Source of the DNA: a virus
Reading direction: 5' to 3' (one strand)
IMG/VR virus record: IMGVR_UViG_3300045996_000964
Span: 1-44,288 of that record
Length of the DNA stretch: 44,288 nt
Each line of letters opens with the position of its first letter. Within the stretch, counting starts at the first letter, position 1. The notes beneath the pieces were generated by a model. It did no database searches and was not told the origin of the DNA. It was given only the letters and a program-made list of their open reading frames with translations. The position numbers were made by a program, and so were the translations under genes. Shown in pieces: positions 33,719-41,386 of the stretch.

Positions 33719-35281
33719 ATGGCTGAGGCCGGTCCTGTCCTCAACGACACCGCCTGCGCGCGGTACATCCAGCTGTCCGGCCTCCGCGATCCCTACCTAA
33801 AGCGTGGCCGGGACATCGCCAAGCTGACCATCCCGAGCCTGCTCCCCGAGAGCGGGCACACCGCCACCTCGAACCTCTACCAGACCTACCAGAGCGTCGG
33901 CGCCCGAGGCGTCAACAACCTCGCCTCGAAGCTGCTGCTGTCGCTCCTGCCGCCCAATAGCCCGTTCTTCCGGCTCGCCGTGGACGACTTCGTCCTGGAG
34001 CAGGCCAAGGAGCAGGGCGGTGACGAGGCGGCGACCGAGATCCAGAAGGGCCTGGCTCGCTACGAGCGCTCCGTCATGGACGACATCGAGACCAAGGCCG
34101 ATCGGGTCGCTCTCGGTGAGGCCATGAAGCACCTGCTGATCCCAGGTAACGTCCTCCTTCACGACGACGAAGAGGTCGGCCTCCGGGTCTTCCACCTCGA
34201 CAGCTTCGTCTGCAAGCGCGATCCCCGCGGAAACGTGGTCGAGATCGTGGTCAAGGAGAGCGTGGCCCCCACAGTCCTCCCCGAGGAGGTCCGCGAGGTG
34301 GCCATGAAGGACGCCCCGCCGAGCACCGATCCCAACTCGACCGTCGACATCTACACCTGGATCAAGAGGGTTCCCCGCCAGTGGACGATCCACCAGGAGG
34401 TCACCTTCGGCGCCATCGTTCCGGGGTCCAACGGCACCTACCCCGTGGACGCCCTGCCGTGGCTCCCCCTGCGCATGGTCCGCATCGCTGGTGAGGACTA
34501 CGGTCGCGGCTACGTCGAGGAGTTCTTCGGCGACCTCCAGTCCCTCGAAGGCCTCTCCAAGGCGATCGTCGAGGGCACGGCTGCCGCAGCCAAGGTGCTG
34601 CTCCTGGTCAACCCCAACGGCACGACAAAGCAGAAGACCCTGGCCGAGGCGCCCAACGGCGCCATCCGCGAGGGCAACGCCGAGGACGTCACCGTCGTCC
34701 AGATGGAGAAGTTCAACGACTTCCGCGTCGCTCTGGAGACCATCGCCCGGATCGAGAACCGGCTGGCGCAGGCCTTCCTGCTCAACAGCTCGATCCAGCG
34801 GGACGCCGAGCGCGTCACCGCCGAAGAGATCCGCCTCATGGCTACGGAACTCGAGACGAGCTTGGGAGGGATCTACTCCATCCTGAGCCAGGAGTTCCAG
34901 CTGCCCTACATCAGGCTGAAACTGAAGCGCACCGCCGGCCGCCCTGGCTGGCCGCGGCTCCCCAAGGGGCTCGTGAAGCCGAAGATCGTCACCGGCCTCG
35001 AAGCCCTCGGGCGCTCGCAGGACCGCAACAAGCTGGTCAACTTCCTGGCCACCCTCGGTCAGGCGATTGGCCCCGAGCAGCTCGCCAAGGTGGTGAAGCT
35101 GAACAACCTGGTCAGCCGCCTGGCGACCATGGACGGCATCGACACCGATGGGCTGATCCGCTCCGACGAGGAGCTGGCCCAAGGTGACCAGCAGACCCAG
35201 CTCCAGGCCCTGATCGAGAAGCTCGGGCCGAAGGCGATGGAACTGATGGGCTCCCAGCAGGCAGCCCCGCAAGTCGCGTGA
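33719..35281 (+). CDS. portal (head-tail connector) protein, T7 gp8-like
   Basis: 520 aa. It sits before the scaffold and capsid genes, and its length and acidic C-terminus are typical of podovirus portals. Confidence 0.88.
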   Translation: MAEAGPVLNDTACARYIQLSGLRDPYLKRGRDIAKLTIPSLLPESGHTATSNLYQTYQSVGARGVNNLASKLLLSLLPPNSPFFRLAVDDFVLEQAKEQGGDEAATEIQKGLARYERSVMDDIETKADRVALGEAMKHLLIPGNVLLHDDEEVGLRVFHLDSFVCKRDPRGNVVEIVVKESVAPTVLPEEVREVAMKDAPPSTDPNSTVDIYTWIKRVPRQWTIHQEVTFGAIVPGSNGTYPVDALPWLPLRMVRIAGEDYGRGYVEEFFGDLQSLEGLSKAIVEGTAAAAKVLLLVNPNGTTKQKTLAEAPNGAIREGNAEDVTVVQMEKFNDFRVALETIARIENRLAQAFLLNSSIQRDAERVTAEEIRLMATELETSLGGIYSILSQEFQLPYIRLKLKRTAGRPGWPRLPKGLVKPKIVTGLEALGRSQDRNKLVNFLATLGQAIGPEQLAKVVKLNNLVSRLATMDGIDTDGLIRSDEELAQGDQQTQLQALIEKLGPKAMELMGSQQAAPQVA

Positions 35282-35282
35282 C

Positions 35283-35295
35283 CCAACCAATCCAG
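35283..35295 (+). promoter_or_regulatory. motif B variant (ccaaccaATCCAg) upstream of the scaffold gene
   Basis: 11 nt upstream of ATG 35306. It is a degenerate copy with ATCCAG instead of ATCCAC. Confidence 0.25.
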
Positions 35296-35305
35296 AGGTG
35301 GATAG

Positions 35306-36094
35306 ATGACCTACGCCAGCGCCACGCTCACGAGCGGGATCACTGGTGCCGACGCTCCGGCTGCGCCCCAGGTAACCCCTGAGGTTCAGCCTGCTGCGGC
35401 CCCCGAGGGTGCTGCCCAGCCGACCGCCCAACCGGGTGCCGAGCTGATCGGCGGCAAGTTCAAGACGACCGACGACCTCCTGGCCGCCTACAAGGCCCTG
35501 GAGAGCAAGCTCGGTGCGCCCAAGCAGGACGCCCCCGTGGTGGCCCCTGAGGATCAGCCCGAGACGCCCGCCGCGGACGCCGCACAGCACGCGGTCACCG
35601 ACGCCGGCCTGAACTTCGACAACCTCGCGGCCGAGTTCCAGGCCGAAGGTGACCTAAAGCCGGAGAGCTACGAGGCGCTGGCCAAGGCCGGCATCCCGAA
35701 GCCGATGGTCAACGCCTACATCGCCGGTCAGAAGGCCCTGGCCGAGCAGCACGCACAGCAGCTCTACGCCGTGGCCGGTGGCCCCGACAGCTTCGCCAAG
35801 ATGACCGAGTGGGCCGGCAAGAACCTCTCCGACGCCGAGATCAACGCCTACAACGATGCCGTCACCAAGGGCTCGATCGACCAGGCCAAGCTCGCCATCA
35901 GCGGGTTGAACGCCCGGTTCGCCGCGGCCGAGGGCATCCGCCCCAACCTGGTCACCGGTCAGACCAACGCCACCCAGGTCGGCTACGCGAGCGTCCAAGA
36001 GATGACGCGCGACATGAGCGACCCCCGCTACATCTCCGGCGACAAGGCCTTCCACGCGATGGTCGATGCCAAGATCCTCAACAAGACCTTCTGA
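35306..36094 (+). CDS. scaffolding protein (T7 gp9-like)
   Basis: 262 aa, A/E/P/Q-rich and acidic, lying directly after the portal gene. Confidence 0.7.
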   Translation: MTYASATLTSGITGADAPAAPQVTPEVQPAAAPEGAAQPTAQPGAELIGGKFKTTDDLLAAYKALESKLGAPKQDAPVVAPEDQPETPAADAAQHAVTDAGLNFDNLAAEFQAEGDLKPESYEALAKAGIPKPMVNAYIAGQKALAEQHAQQLYAVAGGPDSFAKMTEWAGKNLSDAEINAYNDAVTKGSIDQAKLAISGLNARFAAAEGIRPNLVTGQTNATQVGYASVQEMTRDMSDPRYISGDKAFHAMVDAKILNKTF

Positions 36095-36117
36095 GCCCAC
36101 ACCACCAGGAGACAGCC

Positions 36118-36309
36118 ATGGAGCTGATCAACCAGTACGTCTCGACCGAGACCCTCATGGCCGTCCTCGGTGTCGTCATCGCGGCGCAGGCCGTCGCGGT
36201 CGCCATCACCAAGATGACCAAGACCCCGAAGGACGACGAGTACGTCGCGATCTTCTACCGCGTCGTGTTCAAGCTGGCCGGCCTCGTCGGCGCCAAGCCG
36301 AAGGCGTAA
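36118..36309 (+). CDS. holin candidate (63 aa, two hydrophobic segments)
   Basis: CAGGAGA SD is present. It has a TM segment LMAVLGVVIAAQAVAVAI and a second segment VAIFYRVVFKLAGLVGA. It lies directly upstream of the spanin pair. Confidence 0.5.
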   Translation: MELINQYVSTETLMAVLGVVIAAQAVAVAITKMTKTPKDDEYVAIFYRVVFKLAGLVGAKPKA

Positions 36310-36328
36310 CCCACCCGATCCGCATGAA

Positions 36329-36372
36329 GGCTCCCTCCTGGCTCACGCTGGGAGGGGGCCTTTCTGCATTTC
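36329..36372 (+). terminator. intrinsic-terminator-like hairpin (10-bp stem) followed by a T-rich tract
   Basis: ggctccctcc-(12-nt loop)-ggagggggcc, followed by tttctgcatttc. Confidence 0.55.
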
Positions 36373-36384
36373 TGGAGCACCCAA

Positions 36385-36609
36385 ATGGGCATCCTGACCT
36401 TCCTCAAGAGCCTCTTCTCGATCGTCGACCAGGTCCTCTCCCTGGTCCAGGCCGAGCGCCACAAGCAGGCCGGCCGCAACGAGGTCGAGCTGGCGAACGC
36501 CAAAGAGACCCTTGAGCAAGTCCAAGCAGCCAGGGGGATCGAACGTGAAGTGGCTTCCACTGATCTCGATGATCTTGCTCAGCGCATGCGCAAGTTCCAG
36601 CGGGACTAA
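36385..36609 (+). CDS. i-spanin (Rz-like), N-terminal TM plus coiled coil (74 aa)
   Basis: GGAG lies 8 nt upstream. The N-terminus MGILTFLKSLFSIVDQVLSLV is followed by a charged helical region, and the gene overlaps a lipoprotein ORF in another frame. Confidence 0.65.
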   Translation: MGILTFLKSLFSIVDQVLSLVQAERHKQAGRNEVELANAKETLEQVQAARGIEREVASTDLDDLAQRMRKFQRD

Positions 36610-36736
36610 CCCCCCGGCTTCCGCCTGCCTGATCTTCCAACCTCTCACCTGGTCCAGTCGGGACACCGAACAGACCAAGCGCGACATCTTCACCCACAAC
36701 ACCAAGTGGCTCGATCTCTGCGAGCCAGCGGAGTAG
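36545..36736 (+). CDS. o-spanin (Rz1-like) outer-membrane lipoprotein, overlapping the i-spanin gene
   Basis: GGGGGA SD lies before GTG 36545. The signal plus lipobox reads VKWLPLISMILLSAC. The ORF is nominally open from TTG 36512. Confidence 0.65.
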   Translation: MKWLPLISMILLSACASSSGTNPPASACLIFQPLTWSSRDTEQTKRDIFTHNTKWLDLCEPAE

Positions 36737-36742
36737 CCACCC

Positions 36743-37018
36743 ATGATGATCCAAGCCCTCCTCACCGCCGCGGGCGCAACCGCCGACAGCGCGGTCGTCT
36801 ACGTCCAGGAGTTCGCCGTCCGCCCCTACGTGATCGCCCAGGTCGACATCACCGCCACGGCGACCGTGAAGGTCCAGGGCCGCGTCTCTGACCTGTTCGG
36901 TTGGGTCGACCTCTACTCGTTCACCGCCTCCGGCGCCCAGCAGGTGACCGCCATGCCGCAGATGCGGTTCTCGGCGACCATCACCTCGGGGACCGTTGAC
37001 GCCGCCCTCGCAGGGTAA
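36743..37018 (+). CDS. hypothetical protein (91 aa), possibly structural
   Basis: The sequence looks beta-rich and lies directly upstream of the SGNH/LamG protein. Confidence 0.5.
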   Translation: MMIQALLTAAGATADSAVVYVQEFAVRPYVIAQVDITATATVKVQGRVSDLFGWVDLYSFTASGAQQVTAMPQMRFSATITSGTVDAALAG

Positions 37019-37024
37019 CGCACC

Positions 37025-38473
37025 ATGGAGACGCGCCCCCTCGCCCTTCCTCTCGTTCGAGACCTGGTGCTGGGGCTCCTCCGGCAGTTCGGCCAGACGC
37101 TCCCGGCCCTCAACCTGGTCTTCGACGGCAACTCGATCCCGCGTGGCTTCGGGCTCGCCAGCCCCACCACCGAGGCCTACCCGCACCTGGTCTACAACGC
37201 CCTGGTCGCCCTCGGCTGGGATGTGGTGATGACCAAGGTGGCCACCGATGGGATCAAGACCGACGCCCTGGTGACCCGCGCCGCCGCGACAGTAGACGTC
37301 CTCCTGGATGCCGACCGCATCAACATGGTCATCATGCTGGAGGGCACGAACTTCCTCTCCGGTGGTGGCACAGCCGCCCAAGATATCACCAACCTATCCA
37401 ACTACTACACCGCCCGTAAGACCGCTGGCTGGGATCATGTGGTCCTGACCACCATCCCGCCGTGGTCCCCAGGCCTGACCGACAGCTTCAACACCGAGTA
37501 CCCTGTGGTCAACGCCTCACTGCGTGGTGGCGCCCCAACCGGCCGCGAGCTGTTCGACCTCGACGCCGCCCTCACGGCAGACGGCTCGAACCCCGCCACG
37601 CCAACGGCGCACTGGCAGGCCGACAAGATCCACCCCTCGGCCTACGGCGCGCAGGTGATCGCAGCCGCGTGCGTCTCGACCATCCACGCGGTCCTTGGGG
37701 TTGATGAGATCGTCCCGGAGGTCCCAGCTGACGCAGGTGCCCCCGACCTGGGGCACGCCATCAACACCAACCTGGCGTTCTTCGTCGGCTCGCACCCGGC
37801 AGGCTCGTCGCTACTCGGCAAGGAACTGATCAGCAACGCCACCTTCTCCCTCGTAGGCTCCGCAGCCTTCACCGGCGATCACCCCTCGCTGTCCGGCTAC
37901 AAGTGCCTGCGGAACGTCAGCAAGACCGCCGATGCCGCGTACCTCACGGCCGCCCCTGCTGGTCTCACCGGGATCAGCACCGTCTACACCATGTGGGCGG
38001 ACATCCAGATCGACACCGCCCTGGTCGATGGTGAGGCCGCGGCTGTCCTCAGCGCCCCCGTCAACGCTGGCTGGACCTCGACCTACTCGAAGATGATGTG
38101 GGCGAAGTCCAACACGACGCACAAGCAGTTCACCTTCATGCGGAACGTGGGGGTCAATAACGCCAGCGCTGCCAGCGGCGCCGCGAGCTTCCCGACCACG
38201 GGGCGCTACAGGGTCGCTGTCGTCCGTAACGGTACTGCCTACAAGTTCTACCTCAACGGCGCCCAGGCGGGCTCCGACGAGACCGGCGCCTCGACCGCGA
38301 TCGACTGGTCAGGCACCGACCGGGGCATCACCCTCCTCAATCGCCACTTCGGCGCCCCCGGTGAGGGAATGATCGCCCGCCTCCTCGGCCTCCGCGTCTG
38401 GTCGCGTGCTCTCTCCGGCACCGAGATCGGCGACCTCAACACCGACCCGACCCTCGGCACCATCGCCGAGTAG
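37025..38473 (+). CDS. SGNH/GDSL-type esterase fused to a LamG/concanavalin-like domain; candidate tail spike/receptor-modifying enzyme
   Basis: SGNH blocks are FDGNSI (block I), TDGI (II), EGTN (III) and DKIHPS (V, DxxH). The C-terminal part (YRVAVVRNGTAYKFYLNG...LRVWSRALSGTEI) is typical of LamG-like jelly rolls. Confidence 0.65.
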   Translation: METRPLALPLVRDLVLGLLRQFGQTLPALNLVFDGNSIPRGFGLASPTTEAYPHLVYNALVALGWDVVMTKVATDGIKTDALVTRAAATVDVLLDADRINMVIMLEGTNFLSGGGTAAQDITNLSNYYTARKTAGWDHVVLTTIPPWSPGLTDSFNTEYPVVNASLRGGAPTGRELFDLDAALTADGSNPATPTAHWQADKIHPSAYGAQVIAAACVSTIHAVLGVDEIVPEVPADAGAPDLGHAINTNLAFFVGSHPAGSSLLGKELISNATFSLVGSAAFTGDHPSLSGYKCLRNVSKTADAAYLTAAPAGLTGISTVYTMWADIQIDTALVDGEAAAVLSAPVNAGWTSTYSKMMWAKSNTTHKQFTFMRNVGVNNASAASGAASFPTTGRYRVAVVRNGTAYKFYLNGAQAGSDETGASTAIDWSGTDRGITLLNRHFGAPGEGMIARLLGLRVWSRALSGTEIGDLNTDPTLGTIAE

Positions 38474-38731
38474 ACTGTTCCCCCTCAAGGCACACGTGCC
38501 TAGAGACACCTCGGGCTTCGGTTCGTGGTTCTATCGTAAGACCCGACAACGGGCCGCCCAGCCAGGCACGAAGCCGGCATATCGTGTGGGCGATCACCGG
38601 GACCTCCCTGGCGGGAACCCGGTCCCCTTACGGAATTTAACCGGAACTACCCACTGACCGAGCGCCTGATCCTTTCGGTCGAACGCAGCCTCGAGAGCTT
38701 CGCCGCGGTCGGGCCTTTTAGATCAAGGGGG

Positions 38732-39376
38732 TCAAAACCCTCCTTTCAGGTCGGGGGTACCTTCCACCTGGTGGGTCGAACTAAGATCTTTATAATGTCC
38801 GTGCTCATACCCTGGGCATGGATTGCCCTTGCAACTCAGAAGGGCACCACCAGGCAACTCGGCGCAAACACCTTTATCCAAAAACTCTTCGAAATACTCT
38901 GGCTTAATCCCGACTAGCTGCGCATCTCCTTCCACCGACGATTGGCCTTCAAACAGACCACCACCTGGTGTGAAGGTGTATATAGCCAGAGCATCTGGAC
39001 CCGGTGTTACGCCGAGGACGGAATCGTGGCCATTTACTGACATGATTGAACGCACGCCTACGCGACTAGCACAGTACTTGTATCCGCGAGCCAATGGGAG
39101 GCCATAGAAAGACTCCTCTCCACGGATTTCCTTCGTGGGAAGTGCTCTCAAAGCCAAACTAACATATTGCGGGTCGATTCCCATGTATCCAGCAATGGAA
39201 TCAAGAATAACTTCGGCCTCTCGCGTACGAAGATACCAAACAAAACCACGCGCTTCTGTTACAGAATCGAAATGTAGTTGCGAGACGGAAAACAGCCTTG
39301 CCGGATACTCGGCATACGCACTCGAAATCGAAATAAACAACACAGCAGCACTTGCTGCACATGTTTTTAACTTCAT
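38732..39376 (-). CDS. secreted hypothetical protein (214 aa) in a lower-GC insert
   Basis: The signal peptide is MKLKTCAASAAVLFISISSAYA-EY. An AGGAGGGA-type SD is seen on the minus strand (ccaaaggagggattgcattATG). Hand counts give about 50% GC per 60-nt line. Confidence 0.7.
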   Translation of the reverse strand: MKLKTCAASAAVLFISISSAYAEYPARLFSVSQLHFDSVTEARGFVWYLRTREAEVILDSIAGYMGIDPQYVSLALRALPTKEIRGEESFYGLPLARGYKYCASRVGVRSIMSVNGHDSVLGVTPGPDALAIYTFTPGGGLFEGQSSVEGDAQLVGIKPEYFEEFLDKGVCAELPGGALLSCKGNPCPGYEHGHYKDLSSTHQVEGTPDLKGGF

Positions 39377-39707
39377 AATGCAATCCCTCCTTTGGTCGGC
39401 CCGCTTGGGCAGCGAGCGCGGATTTCTTAGCCATGAAATGCGCGAGGGAGTTATATGTCAAGCAAAATCTCCCAAAAGAACACTTAGAGCGTTTCTCTTA
39501 GCCGATTCCTGTGGGCGATGCGCAGTGCCTCTCGTAAGAGGGCTGCCCCCAGCACCAGCTGGGACCGACCCCCACCCACGAAGCAGACACCTTGGCCCGC
39601 TTGGTCCCCCCTGAGGGGGCGACCCTGAGGACACCCCTGCGTGGCGGCGAATGGGGCTGAGCGGTCGGACACACCGTCCAACCCAACAGTCTCACAGGAC
39701 TACTTCA

Positions 39708-40652
39708 ATGGCTCACACCGTTTCGCGTCTCGGCCAGGCGAATGCCACCGGCAACGCTGATGCCCTCTTCCTCGTGAAGTTCGCTGGCGAGGTCCTCACG
39801 GCCTTCCTGCGCAAGACCGTCATGAACAGCCGCCACCTGGTTCGCCAGCTCGGCGGGGGCGCCAAGAGCGCGCAGTTCCCGGCCACCTGGCGTGCCACCG
39901 CTGGCTACGTCCTGCCGGGCTCCGAGGTCGCCCAGAGCGTCCTGAAGCACGGCGAGCGTACCGTTGCGGTCGACTACCCGCTGGTCAGCTCCAACTACAT
40001 CGCTCAGTGGGACGAGCTGGTGAACCACTTCGACGTCCGCAGCATCTACAGCTCGATGCAGGCTGACGCCCTCGCCAATTCGTTCGACACCACCGCCCTG
40101 ATCGTGCTCGGCCTGGCCGCGCGCGGCACCGACCTGTTCGGCAACGACGCCCCGGACGGCTACGCGATCACCAACGCGGCTGCCGGCACCAACGGCGAGA
40201 CCCTGGCCTCGATCGCCTTCCAGATCGCCCAGCGCTTCGACGAGAACGACGTCCCTGCGGACGAGCGCTCGCTGTTCGTGAAGCCGGCCCAGTACTACCT
40301 CCTGGGTCAGACCACGAAGGTCCTCAACAAGGACTGGAACGGCTCCAATGGCGCCTACAACGAGGGCTCGGTCCTCAAGGTCGCCGGCCTGGAGATCGTG
40401 AAGACCAACAACATCACGCAGACGAACGTCGCGTCGAGCCCGTCCGGTGCCAATAACGTGTACCACGGCAACTTCAGCACGACCGTCTGCCTAGCCGGCC
40501 ACAAGTCGGCGATCGGCACCGTCCGCCTGATGGACGTTGCCTCGGAGAAGGCGTGGATCATCGAGAAGCAGGCCACCCTGCTCCTCAGCAAGATGATTGT
40601 CGGCTCCGGCGTGCTGCGCCCCGAGTGCGCGGCTGAGGTCAAGACTGCGTAG
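39708..40652 (+). CDS. major capsid protein (T7 gp10A-like)
   Basis: NADALFLVKFAGEVLTAF, GAKSAQFP, HFDVRS and GVLRPECAAEV align with T7 gp10 blocks. Confidence 0.95.
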   Translation: MAHTVSRLGQANATGNADALFLVKFAGEVLTAFLRKTVMNSRHLVRQLGGGAKSAQFPATWRATAGYVLPGSEVAQSVLKHGERTVAVDYPLVSSNYIAQWDELVNHFDVRSIYSSMQADALANSFDTTALIVLGLAARGTDLFGNDAPDGYAITNAAAGTNGETLASIAFQIAQRFDENDVPADERSLFVKPAQYYLLGQTTKVLNKDWNGSNGAYNEGSVLKVAGLEIVKTNNITQTNVASSPSGANNVYHGNFSTTVCLAGHKSAIGTVRLMDVASEKAWIIEKQATLLLSKMIVGSGVLRPECAAEVKTA

Positions 40653-40694
40653 TTCTACGCCTCCTGACCGACCACCCGAACCCACCGTCACCGG

Positions 40695-40738
40695 CAGGTT
40701 CCCTTCCTGGTTAACCCCAGGGAGGGGCCTGCTTTTTT
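40695..40738 (+). terminator. strong intrinsic terminator after the capsid gene (analogous to T7 T-phi)
   Basis: A long interrupted stem (caggttcccttcctgg / ccagggaggggcctg) is followed by cttttttg. Confidence 0.75.
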
Positions 40739-40759
40739 GCATCTCACCCGAGGCGAGCC

Positions 40760-41386
40760 ATGGCCAACCCCGTCAACACCACCAAGCTTGAGGCGGTGAA
40801 CCGCATGCTGAGCACCATCGGCATCGCCCGTGTGACCAGCATCCCGCAGACCAGCCGCGAAGACGTCTCCGAGGCCATCGCGATCCTCGACGAGGTCACC
40901 CGCGAGGTCCTCAAGGAAGGCTGGGAGTTCAACCAGGACCACGAGTACCCGCTCACCCCGAGCGCCAACACCTTCGCCATCCCAACGAACGCCCTCCAGG
41001 TCACCTTCCCGCGCGCCCTCTACCCGAGCGGCAAGCGCCCCGGCCCCAGGTTCACCACCAGGGAGACCGGCGGTGTGATGAAGGTCTACGACAAGGACGA
41101 GCGCACCTTCACCATCACCCACCTGACCGAGATCAAGGTCGACGTGGTGTGGGGCTTCGAGTTCGAGGACCTCCCCGAGGCGGCCCGTTGGTACATCACG
41201 ATCCGCTCCGCGCGGCAGTACGCCAACGTCATGCTGTCCGGCCAGGAGAGCATCCGCGGCTTCACGGAGCGCGACGAGTTCCAAGCCCGCACGGCCCTGA
41301 AGGAGGCCGAGGGCGAGGTCGCCGACTACTCCGTCTTCGACAACCACACCATGCAGTTCATCCTGAACCGGGAAGGGGGCTTCTAA
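40760..41386 (+). CDS. tail tubular protein A (T7 gp11-like)
   Basis: EAVNRMLSTIGI, KEGWEFN and ARWYITIRSARQYAN parallel the T7 gp11 blocks (AVNDILASIGE, SRGWTFN, RYWIVTKASRQFNN). Confidence 0.88.
   Translation: MANPVNTTKLEAVNRMLSTIGIARVTSIPQTSREDVSEAIAILDEVTREVLKEGWEFNQDHEYPLTPSANTFAIPTNALQVTFPRALYPSGKRPGPRFTTRETGGVMKVYDKDERTFTITHLTEIKVDVVWGFEFEDLPEAARWYITIRSARQYANVMLSGQESIRGFTERDEFQARTALKEAEGEVADYSVFDNHTMQFILNREGGF

Noticed and set aside
6963-35295. Whether the repeated motif B copies could be a CRISPR-like array or transposon ends
   Set aside because: The copies are 0.4-14 kb apart, irregularly spaced, all in one orientation and tied to gene starts. There are no regular repeat-spacer units or inverted-repeat pairs, and no cas or transposase genes.
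37025-38473. Diversity-generating retroelement or phase-variable receptor-binding gene
   Set aside because: There is no reverse transcriptase, no template/variable repeat pair, and no invertible-segment inverted repeats anywhere in the window.
39587-39624. Possible degenerate motif A (acaccttggcc) upstream of the capsid gene, and a cctgaggggg 10-mer shared with 9078-9087
   Set aside because: Only 6-7 nt of the motif A core match. A shared 10-mer is expected many times by chance in 44 kb, so neither is reported as a promoter.
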